A program made the translations under genes and the position numbers. DNA of 64,000 nucleotides from Ramlibacter sp. (GTDB lineage Bacteria; Pseudomonadota; Gammaproteobacteria; Burkholderiales; Burkholderiaceae_C), in contig JADJPY010000008.1 in NCBI GenBank assembly GCA_016713005.1, positions 1-64,000 of the forward strand, written 5' to 3'. Below the pieces are notes generated by a model. That model ran no database searches. It had not been told where the DNA came from and saw nothing but the letters and a program-made list of their open reading frames with translations. Positions 9,575-14,875 of the stretch are shown here, piece after piece. How positions within the stretch are numbered: position 1 is the stretch's first letter; the number at the start of each line of letters is the position of its first letter.

Positions 9575-9893
9575 TCAGCCAGGGGGGTGGCGCATCTGGC
9601 GCAACAACTCGCGCTTGCGGGTGGCGTTGGCCGCGCGCCAGGCCTCGCGAGCCAGTGCCAGGAAGCGCTCTTCGGCTTCGTCGGGGCCGGCGGCTTCGGC
9701 ATGCGCCCCGTCCAGCCAGCCGGCCGGCTGGCCGCACAGGCTTTCGATCTGGCGCGCCAGCTTGTCGCCGATCGGGCGCGACGACTTGATCTGGCTGAGC
9801 ATGCTCGGCGAGACCTGCAGCAGCGCCGCGAACTCCTGCTCCAGGCCCTTGGGCGGCGCGCCTTCGCTGATGCGCTGTTGCAGGAACTGCTGC
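9575..9893 (-). CDS. XRE-family (Cro/CI-type) HTH transcriptional regulator, about 106 aa
   Basis: ATG at 9891-9893. The HTH reads LEQEFAALLQVSPSMLSQIKSS. It lies directly upstream of the LexA box and imuA on the same strand. A GTG at 9938 would give 121 aa. Confidence 0.6.
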
Positions 9894-10263
9894 ATGAGCC
9901 AGGCGGTGTTGGAGCGCCGTGCCGTGGTGATGTTGGTCACGTGTTGAATTTCCACAACGTATTTGCAACACGGATTGTCGTGTGTGTTGACAGCGCAGTA
10001 AAGACTCTTTACAGTCCAACCCGTCGCAGCCGGATCGTCCGGCAGCAAGACATTTTTCAAGGCCAGCAGGACACATCGTGAGAACCGCCAACGCCCCGAA
10101 ACAAAGCCAGTTCCCAACGGGACGGCTTGCGTTCGTGCGCACCCGTGCGTTCACGTCGTTGCCGCAGATTTGCGCGCATGCCCTGGGCATGAATGGCTAT
10201 GAGGATCGACCCCCACCGGGCGAGGAGTGCGTGTAAGCGCAGCCCTCCACTCTCTGACACCAG

Positions 10264-10301
10264 AGGCCCGGTTTCGAAAGGAACCGGGCCTTTTTGTTTT
10301 T
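10264..10301 (+). terminator. Rho-independent terminator: 10-bp perfect stem AGGCCCGGTT/AACCGGGCCT, 8-nt loop, then TTTTTGTTTTT
   Basis: Read directly. It lies on the plus strand in a 470-bp non-coding spacer. Confidence 0.7.
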
Positions 10302-10397
10302 CCGCGCGGCCATCGAGCCGCCACCGGCACTGTGCCGGATTGTTCGTTAACAACTTGCCGCAAGCGCGCCACCGGTACTGGCCGGAGGGCGCCTTGC

Positions 10398-10444
10398 AAA
10401 AAAAGAAAAAGCGGATGCGCGGGTGCACAACACCCGCCATCCGC
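10398..10444 (-). terminator. Rho-independent terminator on the minus strand: imperfect GC hairpin (GCGGATGCGCGGGTG...CACCCGCCATCCGC) followed, on the minus strand, by U7CU5
   Basis: Read directly. It faces the plus-strand terminator at 10264-10301. Confidence 0.55.
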
Positions 10445-10593
10445 CACTTCGGGTGTGCCTATGCACCACCGCCAGCCAAGCCCAAGGTCCGGGCCGGCGG
10501 GATGTGCACGGGGTCGCACCCCATGTGCAGCGAGAAAGCCCGTCGGCTCGCCGGCGCTCGCGCATGGACACAGCCGAAGTGGAAATTGGAGAA

Positions 10594-10671
10594 GTCGTGT
10601 TCGTCTAGCTGGCCCAGGACACCGGTCTTTCATACCGGAGATCGCGGGTTCGAGTCCCGCACACGACGCCA
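10594..10671 (+). tRNA. tRNA-Glu (anticodon UUC), CCA encoded
   Basis: Manual fold: acceptor GTCGTGT/ACACGAC, anticodon loop CTTTCAT, T-loop TTCGAGT. Close to the E. coli tRNA-Glu sequence. Confidence 0.85.
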
Positions 10672-10760
10672 GAACCCAAGCCTTGCCGCGCTCACGCGGC
10701 GGGCGTAAACCGGCCGCAAAGATTGGGCGGCTCCGGAACCCGTCACCGGAAACCTTTTTT

Positions 10761-10836
10761 GCTCCGTTAACTCAGTGGCCAGAGTGCCGGCCTGTCTAGC
10801 CGGAGGCCGCGGGTTCGACTCCCGCACGGGGCGCCA
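10761..10836 (+). tRNA. tRNA-Asp (anticodon GUC), CCA encoded; unusual U37
   Basis: Acceptor GCTCCGT/ACGGGGC, anticodon stem CCGGC/GCCGG, loop CTGTCTA, T-loop TTCGACT. Confidence 0.8.
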
Positions 10837-10837
10837 G

Positions 10838-10925
10838 GGGTTGCGAGCAGCATTGGCGACTGCACCGGAATGTAAATCCGGCGCCCCAAGGGGCTTACGG
10901 GGTTCGACTCCCTGGCAACCCACCA
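10838..10925 (+). tRNA. tRNA-Tyr (anticodon GUA), type II long variable arm, CCA encoded
   Basis: Acceptor GGGTTGC/GCAACCC, anticodon loop ATGTAAA, 16-nt variable arm. It starts 1 nt after the tRNA-Asp CCA. Confidence 0.85.
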
Positions 10926-10932
10926 AATTTTT

Positions 10933-11008
10933 GCCCCGTTGGCTCAGTGGCGAGAGCACCGGTCTACGAAACCGGGGGTCGCACGTTCAAGTCGTGCACG
11001 GGGTACCA
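10933..11008 (+). tRNA. tRNA-Arg (anticodon ACG), CCA encoded
   Basis: Acceptor GCCCCGT/ACGGGGT (G1·U72 wobble), anticodon loop CTACGAA, T-loop TTCAAGT. Confidence 0.85.
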
Positions 11009-11015
11009 GTTTCGT

Positions 11016-11090
11016 TCTCGCGTAGCTCAGTGGCAGAGCAGCGTCTTGATAAGGCGCAGGCCGGTGGATCGTTCCCATCCGCGAGGACCC
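11016..11090 (+). tRNA. tRNA-Ile (anticodon GAU)-like; non-canonical (U1·G72, T-loop ATCGTTC with A54/U58 swapped, 3' end ACCC with no CCA); may be a pseudo-tRNA or an unusual tRNA
   Basis: Acceptor TCTCGCG/CGCGAGG, anticodon stem-loop GCGTC-TTGATAA-GGCGC. The D-arm is canonical; the T-arm is GGTGG-ATCGTTC-CCATC. Confidence 0.6.
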
Positions 11091-11100
11091 GTCAACACAA

Positions 11101-11176
11101 GCCGCGGTAGCTCAGACGGTAGAGCGCAGGACTGAAATTCCTGGCGGCGGAGGTTCAACTCCTCCCCGTGGCACCA
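11101..11176 (+). tRNA. tRNA-Phe (anticodon GAA), CCA encoded
   Basis: Acceptor GCCGCGG/CCGTGGC, anticodon loop CTGAAAT, T-arm GGAGG-TTCAACT-CCTCC. It is followed by a T6 run. Confidence 0.85.
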
Positions 11177-11206
11177 CTTTTTTCAACCCAACCAAGGAGG
11201 CGCGCC

Positions 11207-11380
11207 ATGCGCAAACAGTCCAAGCTGCGCGTGCTCCGTCCGCGCAACCCCATCGTCCAGGCCCTGGTCCGCCGCATTGCGGGCTTTGCCGTGGGCAGGC
11301 ACCGCGACGCCCGCAAGAACTCGCGCCGCAGCGAGGCGAAAGACCTCGACCAGCGCGTGCGCGAGATCGGCGAATGGTGA
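11207..11380 (+). CDS. Small Arg/Lys-rich hypothetical protein (57 aa) embedded between tRNA-Phe and tRNA-His
   Basis: Strong Shine-Dalgarno AAGGAGG at 11194-11200, 6 nt before ATG 11207. Sequence: MRKQSKLRVLRPRNPIVQALVRRIAGFAVGRHRDARKNSRRSEAKDLDQRVREIGEW. No recognised homology. Confidence 0.5.
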   Translation: MRKQSKLRVLRPRNPIVQALVRRIAGFAVGRHRDARKNSRRSEAKDLDQRVREIGEW

Positions 11381-11390
11381 AGCCATTGAT

Positions 11391-11466
11391 GGTGGCCATG
11401 GCGCAGCGGCGGCGCACCGGGTTGTGACCCCGGGGGTCGCGGGTTCGAATCCCGCTGGCCACCCCA
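11391..11466 (+). tRNA. tRNA-His (anticodon GUG) with genomically encoded G(-1), CCA encoded
   Basis: 8-bp acceptor G-1 GTGGCCA / TGGCCAC C73, anticodon loop TTGTGAC, T-loop TTCGAAT. Confidence 0.9.
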
Positions 11467-11480
11467 AGACTCCAGACAAC

Positions 11481-11567
11481 TCCCCCGTGGCGGAATTGGC
11501 AGACGCACCGGTCTCAGAAACCGCGGCCCGCACGGGCATGTCCGTTCGACTCGGGCCGGGGGAACCA
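11481..11567 (+). tRNA. tRNA-Leu (anticodon CAG), type II; U1-A72 and a C27·C43 mismatch
   Basis: Acceptor TCCCCCG/CGGGGGA, D-arm GCG-GAATTGGCAGA-CGC as in E. coli tRNA-Leu, anticodon loop CTCAGAA, long variable arm GCCCG-CA-CGGGC. Confidence 0.8.
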
Positions 11568-11576
11568 TTTCGATGA

Positions 11577-11652
11577 TGGGGTGTGGTCGAGAGGCCTCAG
11601 ACAGGCGGCTTTGAACCGTCGCACGCTGGTTCGAGTCCAGCCACCCCTGCCA
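11577..11652 (+). tRNA. tRNA-Gln (anticodon UUG); 1:72 is a U·U mismatch
   Basis: Acceptor TGGGGTG/CACCCCT, close to E. coli tRNA-Gln TGGGGTA/TACCCCA. Anticodon stem-loop GGCGG-CTTTGAA-CCGTC, T-loop TTCGAGT. Confidence 0.8.
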
Positions 11653-11682
11653 TTTGATACAGGCCACGAAAGGAGGCCATCC

Positions 11683-12258
11683 ATGCAAGACCAACGACAC
11701 AGCCACGTGCTGCAACTCGACATCCAGGGCACGCCGCAGGCGTGGATCTCGCTCGAGCAGGCGGCGCTTCATGTGGCTGCGGACTCGGTCGCGTGGTCGG
11801 ATGGCCGGGGACCTCTGGCCACGCTGCGCGGTGGCCACAACGTGGCGCGTGGCCGGCAATCCGTGATTGAGGTGCCGCCCATCATCGCGCTGCACGGCGC
11901 CTCGCGGGTCAATCTGTTTGACGTGGTGCCGGCCTTCAGCCGCAGCAAGCTGTTCCGGCGCGACCGGCACACCTGCGCCTACTGCGGCCAGCGTTTCGGC
12001 GAGAACGTGCTGCAGTGCGAGCACATCGTGCCGGCCTCGCGCGGCGGCCGCTGGACCTGGATGAACCTGGTCTCGGCCTGCGGCGCATGCAACGGCCGCA
12101 AGGCCGACCGCACGCCGGAGGAAGCGGGCATGCCGCTCGTGTACCTGCCCTACGTGCCGAGCCGCTACGAAAACTTCCTGCTGGAAGGCCGCGCCATCCG
12201 TGCCGACGTGCACGAGTGGCTGGCGACCCGCCTGCCGAAAGGATCGCGGCTGAACTGA
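11683..12258 (+). CDS. HNH endonuclease (191 aa) embedded in the tRNA array
   Basis: SD AGGAGG at 11671-11676. HNH/zinc-finger motif CAYCGQRFGENVLQCEHIVPASRGG...NLVSACGACNGRK. The N-terminal about 100 aa were not recognised. Confidence 0.8.
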   Translation: MQDQRHSHVLQLDIQGTPQAWISLEQAALHVAADSVAWSDGRGPLATLRGGHNVARGRQSVIEVPPIIALHGASRVNLFDVVPAFSRSKLFRRDRHTCAYCGQRFGENVLQCEHIVPASRGGRWTWMNLVSACGACNGRKADRTPEEAGMPLVYLPYVPSRYENFLLEGRAIRADVHEWLATRLPKGSRLN

Positions 12259-12394
12259 AGGTTCAGCCGCCAACGAATCTGCCGCGAAAAGCAAGACGCT
12301 CACAGGTTGGGGGTAAGACCCCGCCGGTGTGCGGTACCGGGCTGCGCCCGTCGCCGCCGCACATGCCGCTCTTGCCGGAAACGGTGGATACCAG

Positions 12395-12451
12395 GGTGCC
12401 GATGGGGATATGCCCTCGACGGCCCGGGTTCGACTCCCGGCGGCACCACCA
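12395..12451 (+). ncRNA. tRNA-like mini-helix: 7-bp acceptor (GGTGCCG/CGGCACC) + short hairpin + canonical T-arm (CCGGG-TTCGACT-CCCGG) + ACCA; a tRNA 3' fragment lacking D and anticodon arms
   Basis: Manual fold. Only 22 nt lie between the acceptor 5' strand and the T-stem. The 3' CCA overlaps the start of the following Lys-like tRNA. Confidence 0.45.
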
Positions 12452-12522
12452 TTGGATAGCTCATTGGGTAGAGCAGCGAATTTTTAATTCGTCGGTCGCG
12501 GGTTCGAATCCCGCTCCAACTC
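12450..12522 (+). pseudogene. tRNA-Lys (anticodon UUU)-like with a disrupted acceptor stem (positions 1:72 and 2:71 mismatched) and no CCA; probable 5'-truncated tRNA at a recombination junction
   Basis: D-arm GCTC-ATTGGGTA-GAGC, anticodon stem-loop GCGAA-TTTTTAA-TTCGT, T-arm GCGGG-TTCGAAT-CCCGC. The 5' strand CATTGGA pairs with the 3' strand TCCAACT only at positions 3-7. Confidence 0.55.
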
Positions 12523-12769
12523 GGAGAAATCCAAACCGGTCGAAAGACCATGCCGAACGCGGACCGAAGGCGCAAGCCCGAAGTCCGTCAGCGGCGGCGG
12601 CCCGTGCGCCGGGCAAGCGGGGCTTCGCGTCCACGGACAAGCCGGGCAACCACTCGCAAGAGGCGTTGCCCAGGCGCACCGCGGTACCCGGGCCCAGGCA
12701 TCCGGCGTCCACTGCCGTCCCTGTAACGGCACCTATTCCCCCAAACACGCAACCACCAAGGAGAAGAAC

Positions 12770-14872
12770 ATGAAATTCAAGCGTGTCACTGTCAAGAAGA
12801 ACGAACGCGGCCTGCTGCTGCGCAACGGCGATTTCTCGCGCGTGCTGCAGCCCGGCCGGCACTGGCTGTGGGAAGGCTTCGACACGCTTCGCGTCGAGAC
12901 CTTCGCGCTCGAGCAGCCCGCGTTCACGCACGGCCTGGCCGACTACCTGATGGCCAAGGAGCCCGAAGCCGTCGAAGCCAACTTCGTGCGCGTCGAGCTC
13001 GGCGAGACTCAGGTCGGCCTGCGCAGCGAGAATGGCGTGCTGGTCGAGGTGCTGGCGCCCGCCACCCGCCGCCTGTACTGGAAGGGCCTGGTCGACGTGC
13101 AAGTGGAGGTGGTCGACATCGCCGGCACAGCAGAGCTGCCCGCAGCGCTGGTGCACCGCCTGAACAACACGCAGCTGCGCCAACGCAGTGTCGCCGGCCT
13201 GGCCGGTGTGCTGCAGGTGCAGGTGCCCGAGTACGGCGCCGGTGTCCTGACGATCGATAGCAAGGTCGAGCGCCTGCTGCGTCCCGGTTCGTACGCCTTC
13301 TGGAAGTACAACCGCGCGATCGCGGTGGAGCTGGTCGACCTGCGGCTGCAGGCGCTGGAAGTGACGGGCCAGGAAATCCTGACCCGCGACAAGGTCGGCC
13401 TGCGGCTGAACCTGTCGGCCACCTGGCGCTACACCGACGTGCTCAAGGCCTTCACCCAGCTGGCCAAGCCCGCGGAGCACCTGTACCGCGAGCTGCAGTT
13501 CGGCCTGCGCGCCGCCGTGGGAACCCGCACGCTCGATGAGCTGCTGGAGAACAAGACGGTGATCGACGACGTCGTGCGCGCGCACGTGGAAGGCAAGCTC
13601 GCCGGCTTCGGTCTCGCGCTGGACAGCGCGGGCGTGAAGGACGTGGTGCTGCCTGGCGAGATGAAGACCATCCTCGCGCAGGTGGTCGAAGCCGGCAAGT
13701 CGGCCGAGGCCAACGTGATCCGCCGCCGCGAGGAAACCGCGGCGACGCGTTCCCTGCTCAACACGGCCAAGGTGATGGAGGACAACCCCGTCGCCCTGCG
13801 CCTGAAGGAGCTGGAGACGCTGGAACGCGTGGCCGAGCGCATCGACAAGATCTCCGTGTTCGGAGGTCTGGACCAGGTGCTCAACGGGCTGGTATGCGTT
13901 AGGGGGGTTCCGCAGCCCCTTTACTCGAAGAACACCATCGGCCAAGAAAAGCAAATCAAGATCAAGCAGCCTCCGGTCCTGTTTGGGAAAACCCAAACCG
14001 TGCTGGCCAAGCTGGCCGATCAACTGGGCGGTCCGCTGGTCGCCTACTGGAACAACCCGCGCGGCTCGGTCTGCCATTCGGACGTGCTGGCCCTGTACGA
14101 CGTGCTGGGCCGCATCGGCCGCCAGGACACCATCTACCTGTTCCTGAAGTCTGACGGCGGCAGTGGCCAGGTGTCCCTGCGGCTGGTGAACCTGCTGCGC
14201 CAGCATTGCCGCCAACTGGTGGCGCTGGTGCCGCTGGAATGCGCCTCCGCCGCCACGATGATCGCGCTGGGCGCCGACCGTATCCTGATGGGCCCGACGG
14301 CCTACCTGACGGCGGTGGACACGTCGCTGAACCACGCCCTGTCGCCCGTCGACCGCGACAACGACCGGGAGCACGAGCGAGTGGGGGCTGTCCAGATGCA
14401 CCCGCCGGCCATGTGGCGCAGGGGCCGGGGGGGGGCCGCCCCCCCCCCGGGGGGGGGGGGGGGGGCGGCCGGCCCCCGCGGGGGGGGGGGGCGGGGGGGA
14501 GAAAAAGCGACCGCGCTCAACTCGAAGTACCCGTCGCACAGCTACCCCATCCTGCTGGACGAGGCGGTAAAAATCGGGCTGAAGGCCGAGCGCATGCCGC
14601 AGGAGGTCAACACCCTGCTGCTGGAGCTCAACGGCTACTACAGCGAGATGGGCCAGAAGGCAACCACGGACTTCGACGAGATCCGCGCCCACGGCAACGA
14701 GATCGCCAACATCTGGGAGGCCACCGGTGTGCAGGTGTTCTACCAGCAGGACAAGGACTGGTTCTACCGGGCCGAGGAAAGGCGCTGGATCACGATGAAC
14801 GACAACAGCGGCTGGCGCCGCATCGAACGCGCCGGCAACCGCATCAAACGCAGCCTGCTGCACGTGGCTTGA
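12770..14872 (+). CDS. SPFH/band-7 (stomatin-like) domain fused to a ClpP-fold SDH-family (NfeD/STOPP-like) serine protease domain; contains an internal low-complexity poly-G/C segment
   Basis: SD AGGAGA before ATG 12770. The N-terminal about 370 aa are SPFH-like. The middle has the SDH-family motif YLFLKSDGGSGQ...ECASAATMIALGADRILMGPTAYL. Positions 14422-14500 encode the junk-like stretch RRGRGGAAPPPGGGGGAAGPRGGGG. Confidence 0.6.
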   Translation: MKFKRVTVKKNERGLLLRNGDFSRVLQPGRHWLWEGFDTLRVETFALEQPAFTHGLADYLMAKEPEAVEANFVRVELGETQVGLRSENGVLVEVLAPATRRLYWKGLVDVQVEVVDIAGTAELPAALVHRLNNTQLRQRSVAGLAGVLQVQVPEYGAGVLTIDSKVERLLRPGSYAFWKYNRAIAVELVDLRLQALEVTGQEILTRDKVGLRLNLSATWRYTDVLKAFTQLAKPAEHLYRELQFGLRAAVGTRTLDELLENKTVIDDVVRAHVEGKLAGFGLALDSAGVKDVVLPGEMKTILAQVVEAGKSAEANVIRRREETAATRSLLNTAKVMEDNPVALRLKELETLERVAERIDKISVFGGLDQVLNGLVCVRGVPQPLYSKNTIGQEKQIKIKQPPVLFGKTQTVLAKLADQLGGPLVAYWNNPRGSVCHSDVLALYDVLGRIGRQDTIYLFLKSDGGSGQVSLRLVNLLRQHCRQLVALVPLECASAATMIALGADRILMGPTAYLTAVDTSLNHALSPVDRDNDREHERVGAVQMHPPAMWRRGRGGAAPPPGGGGGAAGPRGGGGRGGEKATALNSKYPSHSYPILLDEAVKIGLKAERMPQEVNTLLLELNGYYSEMGQKATTDFDEIRAHGNEIANIWEATGVQVFYQQDKDWFYRAEERRWITMNDNSGWRRIERAGNRIKRSLLHVA
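14422..14500. repeat. Cluster of long G and C homopolymer tracts (G9, C10, G17, G12, G7) inside the SPFH-protease CDS
   Basis: Read directly. Confidence 0.8.
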
Positions 14873-14875
14873 CCC

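Noticed and set aside
9991-10018. Second LexA-like site (ACAG...ACAG) upstream of the HTH gene
   Set aside because: It lacks the CTGT-N8-ACAG dyad on either strand.
9512-10081. 189-aa plus-strand ORF overlapping the XRE gene
   Set aside because: There are no recognisable domains. The opposite-strand frame carries a clear HTH.
10630-11539. Minus-strand ORFs containing GIRTRD, GFEPATP or VEPPPPG peptides
   Set aside because: Classic antisense translations of tRNA T-arms.
12353-12451. Considered a 96-nt tRNA-Sec or other long tRNA/tmRNA-like RNA starting at GCCGCCG
   Set aside because: There is no UCA anticodon, no 8-bp acceptor, and the 5' GCCGCCG does not pair with the 3' CGGCACC. Only the nested 57-nt mini-helix folds.
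12550-12726. 58-aa Arg-rich ORF (MPNADRRRKPEVRQRRRP...) upstream of the SPFH gene
   Set aside because: No SD, and the composition is what is expected by chance in GC-rich DNA. Kept only as a weak possibility.
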